Of a stretch of DNA of 64,000 nucleotides, positions 41,070 through 54,825 are shown in pieces. Source of the stretch: Vicugna vicugna (Eukaryota); assembly GCA_013265495.1 (NCBI GenBank), contig MU058718.1, positions 3,486,081-3,550,080 of the forward strand, in the 5' to 3' direction. Within the stretch, counting starts at the first letter, position 1. The number at the start of each line of letters is the position of its first letter. The translations under genes and the position numbers were made by a program. The notes below the pieces were generated by a model, which did not search any database, was not told the DNA's origin, and saw only the letters and a list, made by a program, of their open reading frames with translations.

Positions 41070-42679
41070 GAATAATTGGCTGACTAGTCCCTTGTCATTT
41101 AACAGTGTGTCCTTAGAGGAGCAAATGCAACCTCTGCCTTGTGCAGGAGGCCAGGACCGGAGCCCAGACTTTCTTCTGTGAGCGTTTCATGCTGCTTGAG
41201 GGCAGAACAGTCTAATTCTGCCAAGTTTTTCAGCAGAGAATATGTTGTCAGCTCTTCTGTGCGTGTGATTTTTGAGAGGAAAGCTGTTTCTCCCTCATCA
41301 TCCTCCTGGTTTATATAATACCCTAAGATGTGTTTTACAATAGTCCTGAGCACTGAAATGAGGCAGATAGGCCTTGCGGTTCTTTCCTGTTACAGGAAGC
41401 AGTGTTCACACTGACCAGTATTTGAAACCCAAGTCCTGCCCTTGCCTAAGGGCAGCATGAAGTGTTTTGTAAGTTAGGGTGTTTGATCCTTTGTGGATAT
41501 TCTTACGTGCTTTTCATACAGTTTCTAGTTATTAACACAAACTAGTGGACTCAACCAATTTCTATTTTATTCAACCAATTTCTTGTCAGCTGATAACATT
41601 CTATGCTTGTTAAAATTTTAATTGTATTTTTTTATTGTTCTCTTTGTGACTGGGATAGAGGAAGTCTAAATTCTGAATTACAGTTACTGACTTTGTATCA
41701 CCATGTACCCGCCGGCCACACGTTAAGCGGCCAATTTTTAAATGCAAAATTTCAGACCCCACCCCAGACTGACTGAGAGTCTGCATTTTAACAAGATTAC
41801 CGATTAACTCACATCTAGCTCTTGCCTTCCCTGGGCCTCACCCTGCATCTCATACATCCTCTTGCCTCCAGCTGCTAACTCTAGACCTTCTATCTAAAGA
41901 TGTTGTCTCTGTGAGTCCCCTTTTCATTTAACACGATGCAGGTAGTTAATGGGCAGCTTACCGGCATTCCTGATAGAAAGTTATGATCAGTGTTTGAATA
42001 AATGGATGTTTGCTTGTCAGGCTGTTGATATTAATGCTTTGTCTAATATCCCAAAAGACAGCAGCTGTGTTTGTTTCTCTCTCTCCACACTGTGCCTGGG
42101 GCAGACATTGAACTCTTATATAGGTGATCGTGAAACATCACATTGTGTTGTAATTCATAGTTAATATCCTTTAAAGCTGAGTTTTCTAAGAGGGAAGAAT
42201 TCAAAAAGGTAAAATAGCCATATTTGGGGTAATCTCATGGACAAGGGAATTTTGTACTAAAAAACTTTACCCTTCCTTTCTTGCCAGAACACAATTACAT
42301 TTTTAAATATATATGTAATATTTTAAAGGTTTCACTAATAATATTTTTATTTTTAAAATGCATCCCCCTACGTGTTTTTTGTTCTTGTTTTGGCATTTTT
42401 GTTTGCTTATAGAAAACAAAATTCATTTGATATCCAAGATACCTTAAATACAAATTATGACCTTATATTTTTTATAAAAAATTATATTAAAATTAAAATT
42501 TTATAAAGCTTTTGTTATAAATTGACATAAATACATGGGAAAATGTTGAGATTGTCAATAAAATAAATTCCTTACCTTCAGTGTATGTTATTTTCAAAAT
42601 GAACTATAACTAATAGTTCACTATCAGATCAAAATTACATTAAGGATTAAACTAAACAAAGACTACAGAATTGTAATAC

Positions 42680-42965
42680 TGTTCTGTTGGTGGGAGTATA
42701 AATTGCTGCAGCCACTATGGAAAACAGTCTGTAGTTTTCTTAAAAAAACTAAAAACAGAGCTACCATATGATCCAGCAATTCCACTCCTGGGTATATATC
42801 CAGAAAAAATGAAAACACTAATTCGAAAAGATATATGCACTCCAGTGTTCACAGCAGCACTACTTACAATAGTCAAAATATGGAAGCAGCCTGAATGTCC
42901 ATCAACAGATGATTGGATTAAGGGATTAAGAAACTGTGATATATATGGGATTAAGAAGATGTGAG

Positions 42966-43002
<37 letters not shown>

Positions 43003-43455
43003 ATGGAATATCACTCAGTCATGAAAAAGAATTAAATACTGTCACTTGCACATACAGCAATGTGGATAGACCTAGAGAATATTATGCTTAGTAAAATAAG
43101 TCACACAGAGAAAGACAAATACTATTTATCACTTATATATGGAAGATAAAAAATAATACAAATGAATGTATATGCAAAACAAACAGATTCACAGATGGAG
43201 AAAACAAACTTGTGGTTACCAAAGTTGGGAAGGAAGGAGGGAGGGACAGATTAGAGGTATGGGATAACAGGTACAAACTACTGTGTATAAAGTAGATAAG
43301 CAACCAGAATATACTGTATAGCACAGGAAATTATACCCATTGTCTTGTAAGAGCCTGTAATAGAATATAATCAACAAAAATACTGCATCACTATGCTGTA
43401 CACCTGAAACTAATACCATTTTGTAAATCAACTATAGTTCAATTTTAAAAATGAA
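42680..43455 (+). mobile_element. 5'-truncated L1 (end of ORF2 plus 3' UTR)
   Basis: cagccactatggaaaacag...gatccagcaattccactcctggg...cacctgaaactaat...aatcaactat. Confidence 0.9.
42968..43001. repeat. (AC)17 microsatellite inside L1
   Basis: Read directly from the sequence. Confidence 0.95.
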
Positions 43456-43862
43456 ATGAAAATGTGACAGTATTCTGTACCAACACTGAAATAAACTTTA
43501 TCAAGGAAGCTTTCTATGAGTAGCTTTTTCTTAACTGATTCTGTGTTTTCTAGACACAGGACTCTTGACAGAAACCATTTGCAGATGTTAAAACAGGCTA
43601 CAGAACACACAGACCTACCATCAGATCTTATCTGTACCATTTAGTATCTGTGCAACTTTGAGGAAGTTACAACTTCCTTATCTTTAAAAAAGGAGAAATC
43701 ATAGTTCCCTCCTATTGGGTTGTTATGAGGATTAAATACAATCATATGTTTAAAACATTTAGAGCAATATTAGCAAGTATTGTTCATTTAGGCTGTAAGA
43801 CCATAACAAAGATGAATTGAGATTGACAGAACCAACATCTTTTTTGCCAAAACAGTATTCTT

Positions 43863-44226
43863 TTTTTTCTCTTTTGAATTTTATCAAATGCCTTATTGGA
43901 ATTCATTGACATAGTAATACATTTTGTTGTTGTTATTGTTTTGGTGTTTTTTTAATTGAATTGTAGTTGATTTACAATGTTAGTTTCAGGTGTACAGCAA
44001 AGTGGTTCCGTTATACATGTACATATATTCTTTTTCATATTCTGCTTTATTACAGGTTAATACAAGCTATTGAATATAGTTCCCTGTGCTACACAGTAGG
44101 ACCTTGTTACATATCTATTTTGTATATGGTAGTTTGTATCTGCTAATCCCAAACTCCTAATTTATCCTTCCTCTCCACCCTACCTTTCCCCTTTGGTAAC
44201 CATAAATTTATTTTCTACATCTGGGA
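43863..44226 (-). mobile_element. Short L1 3' UTR insertion with extra 3' segment
   Basis: Perfect 17-bp TSD gccaaaacagtattctt at 43846-43862 and 44227-44243; reverse L1 3' UTR at about 43947-44226. Confidence 0.9.
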
Positions 44227-44340
44227 GCCAAAACAGTATTCTTGAGTTGATTCAGTCAAAAATACTTTTCATTTGATAGAATTGAAGGGCTAGGGCCACA
44301 TCTCCTGAGAAACAAATTCTAAGCCATGTTCTTTTTGCAG

Positions 44341-44472
44341 ATAGAAGAGGCAGATGATTGGCTCAGGCATGGAAACCCCTGGGAGAAGGCCCGCCCAGAG
44401 TTCATGCTGCCTGTGCACTTCTACGGAAGAGTAGAGCACACCGAGGCCGGGGCCAAGTGGGTCGACACGCAG
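44341..44472 (+). CDS. PYGL: PYGL exon 5
   Basis: [20 protein letters not shown]...WVDTQ; 132 nt. Confidence 0.97.
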
Positions 44473-46098
44473 GTATTCTGAGCATCCTCGCACTGAGCGC
44501 TGTATAGAGGATGACACAGATATGTGTACATAGCATTGACTATAGTGTGTTGTATATTGAGTAATAGAGTATATTTTTATAAATAAATCTGTTACTTCTC
44601 TTAGTGGAACCCACTCTTTTTGGAGACAAAGGAGCTGAGACTAAGAGAGAAATGACTTCCCCAAGGTTAAGTGACTTACCAAGGTCATTTTGTCATCCAC
44701 TGTCATCCACTTTATCAGAGGCTAATCAGTTCTATCATCCCAGCATATTTAACTCCTCCAGTAAAGTTGTGGAAACCAAGATTGAATAAATTTAAGTGTC
44801 GTTTCTCACCCTATTGCCATATGTACATTGACTTGTAAATTCTCAGGGGTAAATATTTTGAAGCTGAAGTGTTTATTCCAAGGATCACTAAAGCTCTTCT
44901 CATTGCAAAGTCAAGAAAAACAATGGAAAATATTACGAAATGCACTCTGTTATCTTGGTGCCAAACCACTTCTAGAGAAATCACGCTGGTGTCAATCCAA
45001 GTGTCCTCAGGTCACGGACGTGTATTTATCCTGCCGCTAGATTAGAGTGTTACCCTGTTGCTGAACAAAATTCACTTTTCAGCTCCTCCAGTGGTGGTTT
45101 GTGCTTTGCTGGCCTCATACTTCCTGATAAATAACCCCTAAGAACTCCTGGACTGTGTTGTCCAGTCACTGGAGGCTCCACTTGAGACATTTGTGTAATA
45201 AATATGGCCTCAGGCTGGAAAAGATGTCTCACTGGCCATTCTTTAAAAGCTTAAAGAAAATGGTTAAGACCAAGGAATCATTGCTCTTACATAGCAAAAT
45301 CAGGAGTGAAATTCAGTACTGTAATGCTAAATTCAGTTCGTTTATGGGTTAATCTCCATAAATAAATGCTTCATTTTGTCTTAGAAGAGTCAAGACCCAT
45401 GTTATAGCTGACTTTTAAACTGATGATTTATTCTGCTAATCCATGCAAAGCTATTCATGGTTCAGAAAAATAAGACTTTTTAAAAAAGCTTTTCCTATCC
45501 GAACATGATTTATTCAGCATATGAAATAACGGATTAGAAGCTAAAATAGGTCATTATACATAATGATATAAGGAATAAACTAATACTGTGATTTCAAGAT
45601 AAGTTTCCCTCTGTCCACACCCCACCCCTTTTATTTTGGTTAAACAATGGACCACAATCTAAGTTGTAAGCTGCAGTTGATTACAAATATGATCAGGAGA
45701 GCTGCAAACAAATCAATTGTTAATATGCCCAAAGAATTTTCACATGTTTTTGATATTACCTAGCAAGTATTTGGTGTCTAAAACTTCCAGTGGCTTCTAA
45801 TCTGTTTAAATGTGTGCAGTTTACATGATCTTGTATTTACAAAGCACCTCTAGATGTTTTTGAAATATATCCAGAAATTCAATTAAAGAGAGTGTGCTTT
45901 TCTGTGCCCACAAAGGCAAGGTTACGGGGCAGATGGAACAAAGTGTGGGCTGACCCAAGCCATATAGAACTTTATGGATTGACGCCACTGCCTGATCAGC
46001 CCCAGATTTGCAGTGAGTGAGGCCAGAGAGCATGAGATCAGACCTGGTGTACGCCGGCTATGACGGCTTCCAGTAAACCGAGCTGTTTGTTTCATTCT

Positions 46099-46470
46099 TG
46101 TGTCAGTTCAGGCCCTCTGGGAAGCAGACCACAGGGAGAATTAGCAGCATCGTGAGCTATTGCAGAAATGCCTGTGAAAGATGAGGGGGAAAGGGAGCAG
46201 GAGGAGGTGGGAAGTCGTTCAGACTGCAGCGCAGGTGTGACACTTGTGAAGAGAGAAGCGGAAAGGATTCTCACGAAGAGCTTCAGACCTCTGGAGCTCT
46301 GAGCAAGTGCCCAGGCTGATGGGACATCACTCAGGAGGGAAGTCCCAGCTCCCACCACGATGGGAGCATCCCAGAGAAAGCGCAGCCTCGGCGTGAGCTC
46401 CGAGGTGGCAGCTTCTCCCTGAAGTTCTCTAAAGGGACATCTGAGCCATGGGCCTCCCCAGCTGCCTCAG
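46099..46470 (-). mobile_element. ERVL LTR16-like remnant
   Basis: tgtgtcagttcaggccctctgggaagcagac...gcctgtgaaag...cagactgcagcgcagg; reverse-similar to the element ending at 24399. Confidence 0.6.
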
Positions 46471-47547
46471 TTATGCTTTGAGGGTTAGAAGGATGAATCA
46501 CTTTTGAACCCAGACTCAATCCCACTCTGTAAATGACTTTTTCTGATTGATCGCAATTTGCTTTAAGAACCTCCAGACACCTTTATTTCCTAGTGAAAGA
46601 TAGTCAAATAAGGGTGCTTTTTTCATTCTGTGGTCATGATGTTCATGAAAGCATGACTGAATATGTGTGATTGATTGATATAGGCTGGAGTGCTTCATTC
46701 CTTCCTAATTCAGCAGACCAAATCAAAGAGCTCTTTGGTTAGGTTTCACCCTACCACTGACTGACCTTGGGCAAGTCACCTCTCTCAGCCTCCTTCCCCT
46801 CTTGTCCAAAATGAGTAAGTTGCACCAAATGATCTCTAGCATCCTCCCCTTCCTTAGAGCTTGGCTTTGATGAGGCAGGGAATAGAAAACTTTCTTCCTA
46901 CGTAAATTTTAAATTCACGTGAAACGGTTCATCTTCCTGTTTTACTCTAATTCTGTGACTGTCGCAAATATTGAGCTAGAGTTTCCAAAGCCCACCACTT
47001 AGACGCATCTCAGCCAGGTATCAGCTGGTTTGTCAGATCTCTAAAATAACCCTTCATGCAACTTTGAAAAACCTAGCATAGCATTTTAAACATTGTAGGT
47101 AATATTTGTCTTCATAAATTTCCTATTCCATTAATTTCCACCATATTTGAAATTAGATCATTGAATAACTCACATGAAGCTTATCCTGATTACTGCTTTT
47201 TAATGGGTATAGATCCGCATTTGCCACTTTTCTGTACATCATATTTTATTATTCTTAGAGCAGTGGCTTGATCTGAAATGTGAAAGGTCTGCATCCAGAT
47301 CAGGGCAAGGGATACAGAGGGCAGTCAGTGTGGAAATGATATAGAAGACCATCTGTCCAGGGGGTCCTAGCCATCCAGATTGTTCCAGTTTGGGAGGACG
47401 ACCCCCACGGCTCCCCTCCAGTCCTGGGACCCTTGTCTTGGTTTTGAGTTAGTGATGGAGCTGGGAAGCAAATTGCAGCTGCTGTCTCCCAGGTCTGTTC
47501 AACCTACGTGGGAAACAGCGAGCAGCAGCTTCGGTTTCATCCCACAG

Positions 47548-47659
47548 GTGGTCCTGGCTCTGCCATATGACACCCCGGTGCCTGGGTATCTGAACAACAC
47601 CGTCAACACCATGCGCCTCTGGTCAGCCCGAGCACCCAACGACTTTAACCTCAGAGACT
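47548..47659 (+). CDS. PYGL: PYGL exon 6
   Basis: [14 protein letters not shown]...[15 protein letters not shown]; 112 nt. Confidence 0.97.
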
Positions 47660-47947
47660 GTGAGTACAGCGTGGGCTCGCTTTCCTTGTGTGTGTCTTTA
47701 ATCTTTTTGTTCACTAGTTATTACCCAATTGAACTTGAGAAAAAAAGCCCTGAGTTTCTGACCTGAACTGTTTAGTGACTAAGCAGCCCCATTTTATGGA
47801 GCAGGCATGGGACACACATTTAAAGCAGTCCTTCCATCTGACCCTCTTAGACACTCCTGTGAATCACTGCATGAAGGTTTCCTTAAATCCTTTTGAATTT
47901 TTAGGAATTTTAGGAATCCCACATGGTACTCAAGAAGCATTAGGTGA

Positions 47948-48181
<234 letters not shown>

Positions 48182-51100
48182 TAATACTTTATTTTTTTCC
48201 TTCAATGAGGAAAAATCTCCATATCTCTTCCTGAATTGTCTAGATTTCCCCTCCCATCCAAGTAAGGAAAACAAATTCATACCTATCATGAAATCACAAT
48301 TGATATTTTGCCCTTGATTACTGAGCCCATCACTAATTGGGAGGCTCTATACATGTGTCTCAAAACAAAACCGGGGCATAAAAGATGAGGTGCAGCACTG
48401 GTGAAGCGCTACATGTGTCCAAACAGAAGTTTCATCCAGTCTCCTGCCTGTCCTCTTCCCCTCACTGACGGGGCTCTTCCGACCTTCCGGCCCCAGGTGA
48501 GGGGTGTCACGGACCTCAGGGTGGACCCAGGAGTCGACACTTTTTTCTTATGCCACTTGTTTATCTTATGTAACTTTTTCTTATAGGTGATTGTAATCTC
48601 AGAAGCAACAAAATTAGTACTCTCCTCCACTAAGATGGCATAGAACAAGGATCTTGGTGACTAGGACATAAATGGTCCTAAGACCAGAAGTCCACTTGGT
48701 GCTAAACCCTGGTGTCCAAGGAGGATGCAGCATTTTCAGGAACTTAATTGTATATATTATTTTATCTTTGTGAGAAACAATGTGACTTCAGTACACTGCA
48801 GAGAAATCTGTAACCCAAAAGCAAAAGATTGTTCAATTTTATGGTCAATTAAAGAAAGAATCCTTCCATGTCTGGGGCCATACTGCTTAACAATACTCAG
48901 GCCTACAGGATTGTTTAACTGGAAGGGGCTTGAAATTCATCCTTCTATCCTCAGTAAGGACCAAACCTAACTTTACTTGGAAATAATCATCTACAGCAAT
49001 TGACAAGGCACACTAAGTTAGCATGGGCTGCAGAGTTGACATGTAGCTCTCAGGATCATGCTTGTTTCTAAGTATGAGTTAATAAATCTTTTTTGTACTG
49101 TAACCATAAGAACAAACTTATTCCCTCTCCCCAACTTGGTCACAGCCCTTGTCATCAGTTTGTCTTCCAAGAATCTTGCCCCTGTTCTCCCTTTGCAACT
49201 AGTGAGGTGTTTTTTTCTTCTGCTTAAAGTTCTTTAAGGCTTCTGATCACCCCTAAGAGAAGCACAGAATCTTAGGTGTATTCCTGGGTTCTCTGACGCG
49301 TCCTCCGTGACCTTGCCCTGGCAATGAGGTCCCAGCTGGATGGGATTATTCACCCTGTTCTTTCTCATCTCCATGCCTTGCCCACTCTTCCTCCGCCTGA
49401 ACAGGCTACTCTGGCTCTCTGTGCTCACCTGGCAAATTCCTACTCATCTTTCAGGGCTTTTAGATAAAGAATTACCTAAGTACCCAGTTTCCCAAAGTAT
49501 GTATATTTAAATACAACACAAAATTTTTTAAATGTCATGTTTTATTTCATGCCTTGTCTATACATCTCTCTCTCCTCACTAGTTTGAACTTATTGAGATC
49601 AGTGATTATGTTTAATTAGTCATTCTATTTCTAGGACATTAAAAATTCCCTAACTCAATAAATGTTTAATTCATTATGGATAGATTCATGTGGGGTTTTA
49701 TTTTAGAATAATGAGTTCATTATTTTTTTTTACCATGAAACATGCTATTAGAAAAAGAAATGAAAACAATATTAAAAAGTACAAAGAAGTAAATTTTTTT
49801 TAAAAAGTTCAAATTCTACCACTTATAAATTCCCATTGGTAGTATCAATCCAGACAGTTTTCCTATTAATGGCTTTTAATTTTTAATTGGCTTTTAAATT
49901 TTTATCAAAGTTGTACATGCCCATGGTTTAAAGAGGAAAGCAGTTCTGTGGGGATGATTGTAAAATCAGTCTCCCATTTCCACTTCCCCAAAGCAATTCT
50001 ATCCCCTTGCTTTTAATTGATTTTCTGGATATTTACCTCCGTATCTGTAGTAACATGCTGTTATTGCTGCTTCGTGATTTTCCTCTTTACAATTGTTTAT
50101 CGACTCACCACTACTGAAGATGAGAATCTCGCCCACTTCCTCACACAAACTTCCACCCGCACCACACAAGCACGTTTCCTATGCCCCAGTCTCTCTACAT
50201 AATTACATGGTAATTCCCGCTTGCTCCGCAATCAGTGTTTACATATTTTGACCCTGTCAACGCTACAGACAGCTGATCTGTGCATATACAGGTCATCATC
50301 TAATGGTTATTTTTCCTCTCCTTGAAAAGTTTTTGTTTTTCTTGGAGTTAATAATTTTGTTTGCTTGGTTTCCTGAGTACTTCCCCCTAATTTATCCTAC
50401 ACTCTACCCCAGCTGTAGAAATTTCCTCCCAGTATATTCAAACAGATTAGGTATTCTGCTGACTTGGTTTTGAAGTCTCTTCTGGGTGGATCTCTCCTGT
50501 TGGCTGTGCCACTGTCACCTTGGGACCTACTTTCCCCATCGTTCTGAGGACCTCTGTGCTCATATACTCTCCGGGGACATTTGTTTCCTGGGTTCCAGTC
50601 TGGCTCGCTCTCTCTCTCTCTCTCTCTCTTTTTTTTTTTCGTTTGCCCCTTTGTTTTGGTAGTACACATGCTTGGGGCTTCCTGGAAAAGGATGCATGTG
50701 AGGTGAACTTTTTGAGGCCTTGCAGTTGGAAAATGTCTTTATTCAGTCCTCACATGGTAGTTTGCCTGGATACCAAAGACTCAAAGATTTTGGTTTTTTT
50801 AATCACTTAGTTTTTGGTGTCGCTGAAAAATGCAATTCAATTCGGATTCTTGGTCTTTGTTTGAATTCTGCTTTTTTCCCCTTTGAAAGCTTTTAGTCTC
50901 CCTCCCTGTTTCCCTTTCTTATCCTCCTATCTCCAAGGGCACTAAAAGTTTTGGGGGGTGTGCTCTGGTGTGGGTCTGTTTCAGCTCATCATGCCTGGGT
51001 ACCCTTTCAGTCTGGGAGCACAGGACTCCGGCTCTCTGAGAAGTGGTCTGGCATTAAACATCCTCAGCGAGTTCTCTAGTTTCTTATCTTTTATATTTAT

Positions 51101-52282
51101 CATCTCTTTGTCTTCTTGCTCAAGTTTCTGGGCCATCACAACTCTTTTCTTCCAGTCTTTCTACTGGGTTTTTCATTTTGGCTATTATGTTTTAATTTGC
51201 AAGTAATCTTTTTTCCTCCAGGTATTTTCTTAAAGCATCTTATTCTTAGTTCTTGAATACAATCTCTAATCAGAGGATATTGATGGTATTCCTATAATAT
51301 TCTTTTCTCTAATCTCTGTTTCCTTTAAGTTGGCTTTTGTTTGTTTGTTATTTTTACCTCTTTTAGAAGTTTTTCTTAGATGTCCAATGATCCTTAGCTG
51401 CCCACTAAAACTGAAGAGCAAGGTCCCTACAAGCTTTAGGGAGCTTTAGGAATTTATCTCTTTGGCTTCACTGTCCTGTGACCTGCTGGGGCCATTTCCT
51501 GGTGGAGCTCCTCATGTCAGTGTCTTTAGGTCCTCCCTCCTGGGCTGGTCAAACTCCCTAGACAAGACCCTTGCAGCTTCCTTCCTGGTGGGCTTAAAGT
51601 TGGCTGCCTGTGTTCTAAAATTTGATTGGGAGGAGAAGGCTAAAAGTGTCAGCATTCAGTACATAAACTTTCACTGAGCCCTCTTCCCCAGTTTCAGCAT
51701 GGTGTGGGGCCCCTGCCTTCAGCTGCACCTGCTGCCCTCCAGCGCAGAGACCCGTGTTTTACCATCTCTCAAGAATATCTCTCCAGCTTCTGCCTGAGTT
51801 GGCAAAGGATACTGCTCAGCTAAGGGAACTGGAGATGAAGTCTGGGGCCACCTGCTTCTTAGGCTCACAACTAACCTTTTTCCTCATTCTCACCTGTACT
51901 TCTAAGGGCACCCAATGCTGACAATTCCTGTGCCTTTTGGGGGCTTCAGTGTATACACCAGGTTGCTCTTTTGGCTTTTCTCCACTACTCGGTCAGGATC
52001 TTCTGGTTCAATTGCCATTTATCCACCTGTTCTTCAGCTTCTAAAAAGTTGCTGTTGTCTTCTCTTCACTCCTTTCATCCTTTATGAGTCTGCTTTTTAA
52101 AAATCCCTTCACCATCATTCTAGTGGAGTTTCAGGAGGCTCAGGCTTGGCATTCAGCCTGTCATATTCCACCAGATGTTCCATGGGCTTTAGCCTTAAAG
52201 TCCTCTGAGCAGGAGATGCCAGCCACTTTCTGGCCACATCTAATAATGTGAGCCACTCTCACTCAGTCTCTCTGGTTTGAAG

Positions 52283-52426
52283 TTTTTTGAAGGGAAGGAG
52301 CTGAGATTGAAGCAGGAGTACTTTGTGGTGGCTGCTACCTTGCAAGATGTCATCCGACGTTTCAAAGCCTCTAAGTTTAGCTCCAGTGATGATGCCGGAA
52401 CTTCATTTGATGCCTTCCCAGATCAG
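52283..52426 (+). CDS. PYGL: PYGL exon 8 (GC donor)
   Basis: [14 protein letters not shown]...FDAFPDQ; gaag| acceptor and CAG|gcaagt donor; 144 nt. Confidence 0.95.
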
Positions 52427-52529
52427 GCAAGTATTCAGTCTGTAAACACAGATGGGAACAGCTCAGAGGATCGGGACCTCCCATCAGATTTACTCCTCTG
52501 TCTCAGTCAGTGCTAAAAAAGTTCAGTAT

Positions 52530-52831
52530 CTATATACAAAACAGAAACAAATTCATAGACAAGGAAAACAAACCTGTGGTTAACAAAGGGGAGGGATGGG
52601 AGGGACAAATTAGGAGTATGGGATTAACAGATATGCACTACTATACATAAAATAGATAAGCAATAAGAATTTACGGTATCGCACAGGGAATTTATTCAAT
52701 ATCTTATAATAACCTATAACAAAATAATCTGAAAAAATATATCTAAAACTGAATCACTATTTTATACACCTGAAACTAACACAACATTCTAAATCAACTG
52801 TACTTCCATTAAAAAAAAAAAAACATTGAGT
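52530..52831 (+). mobile_element. Short L1 3' UTR insertion in PYGL intron 8
   Basis: L1 3' UTR sequence plus A13 tail; imperfect TSD aagttcagtat (52519-52529) vs aagtacagtat (52832-52842). Confidence 0.88.
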
Positions 52832-52848
52832 AAGTACAGTATGCTTAA

Positions 52849-53244
<396 letters not shown>

Positions 53245-53458
53245 TAAATAAACACATTCCTAATGGAACACAGCTTGAAGGCTTAAACTGTGTTCACCAT
53301 TTCTGTGTCTGAAAGGAGTCTAAATTAAACTCTTAACTCAGAATACAGCCACTGAAATTGTCCTCATTGATTTCAAACATACTTTGTACTTTCTCAGAAC
53401 ATTACTTAAGTTTTATTCCTCAAATTTTGTTTAATAAATGAAAGTTAGAATAATATAT

Positions 53459-53923
53459 TGTGGGACACAGTGGGGGCCGATCAGTGGCATGGTGATGCGG
53501 GTTGGTAAAAGAATTTACCAGAGATAAAGTATGAGAGTAGAAAAGGAGTTTATTAGGGTACGCTGCCATAGACAACAGTGGGCGACACAGACGAGGGGTG
53601 CCTGTGTGAGCCCCAAGAGCTGTTATTGGGGTGTTTTATAAGGTTGGATCACAAGGTGCCTGATCGGCTTGTGCACAATCTGATTGGTTGTAGGTGAGGT
53701 AAGAGGTTTAGTCAGTGAAGGGCAGTGGGGTCTATGATCTGATAAGGTGGGCCGAAACAAGCCAGCCTGAGCTATAGATTAGGCATTACCTAGGGCTATT
53801 GGTTTGTTAGAGCAAACATGCCCAATAAAAAATGTACTTTATCTATCGAGAAATCACAGGCAGACATCTGAGAGCCCAGGAATGGGGGTCCTTGGACTTT
53901 GAAGGATGTCATTTGGCCCAGCA
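53459..53923 (-). mobile_element. Solo LTR antisense to PYGL in intron 9
   Basis: TG...CA ends; on the minus strand CCAAT (53687-53683), TATAAAA (53640-53634) and AATAAA (53554-53549) occur in LTR order. No clean TSD; right boundary uncertain. Confidence 0.7.
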
Positions 53924-54209
53924 TAATAGAGAAGATTTATCAGCATGCTGTCTTAAGTTTTATGCTACAGTTTTATTGCTTACCCACCCCAAGCCAGCCC
54001 CCCCAAAATAAAACATGTTCCCACTATCTGGACCATTCAGTAACCTAGTGGAATTGATCATGTCTAACTATACCCGCAGATAGAACTGTCCAGTTGCAGA
54101 TGGACGGGAGTTGAGGAAATGTCTGGCCTGTGGGATGGGGTGCACCTGCGGGCAGCCTGTCTGCAGGGCAAAGCTGCTGACCACCCCTCCCCACCCCCAT
54201 TCCCCTCAG

Positions 54210-54356
54210 GCGTGGGAGATCACCCAGAAGACCTTCGCCTACACCAACCACACTGTGCTCCCTGAAGCCCTGGAGCGCTGGCCTGTGGAGCTGGTGGAGA
54301 ATTTGCTTCCTCGACATTTGCAAATCATTTATGAGATAAATCAGAAGCATTTAGAT
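54210..54356 (+). CDS. PYGL: PYGL exon 10
   Basis: [24 protein letters not shown]...KHLD; 147 nt. Confidence 0.97.
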
Positions 54357-54661
54357 GTAAGTCATTTTGAGAGACCAATAACCCTTTTGCTGCGGTCTTC
54401 CTTCCTCCCAAACTTGAGGCCCAAACATCTTTCAGTCATTGATACTTCAAAAGCATGCAAGTCTGGTGGGGCTGTGTTAAAGATATCTTTTTAAAATACT
54501 AAAATGGAAGATGGCATCTCCCTAGGGCTAACCCAACCCCTTTCTGTGGGAGTGAATTTTATATTCGCACCATCAAAGACTTCGCGGGGGAAGTAAATGA
54601 TGTTATCCCCGGTTGTCTTAAACCTGAGTGACCAGTGAGGCCTTTCTCTTCCTTTGCCTAG

Positions 54662-54825
54662 AAAATTGCTGCCTTGTTTCCTAATGATGTCGACCGTCTG
54701 AGAAGGATGTCTCTGATAGAAGAGGAAGGAGGCAAAAGGATCAACATGGCCCATCTCTGCATTGTGGGCTCCCACGCTGTGAACGGCGTGGCTAAAATTC
54801 ACTCAGACATCGTGAGGACCCAAGT
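54662..54825 (+). CDS. PYGL: PYGL exon 11
   Basis: [17 protein letters not shown]...[15 protein letters not shown]; 164 nt. Confidence 0.97.

Noticed and set aside
49900..52150. Long pyrimidine-rich stretch in PYGL intron 7
   Set aside because: Probably very old antisense L1 debris; too diverged to assign or delimit by eye.
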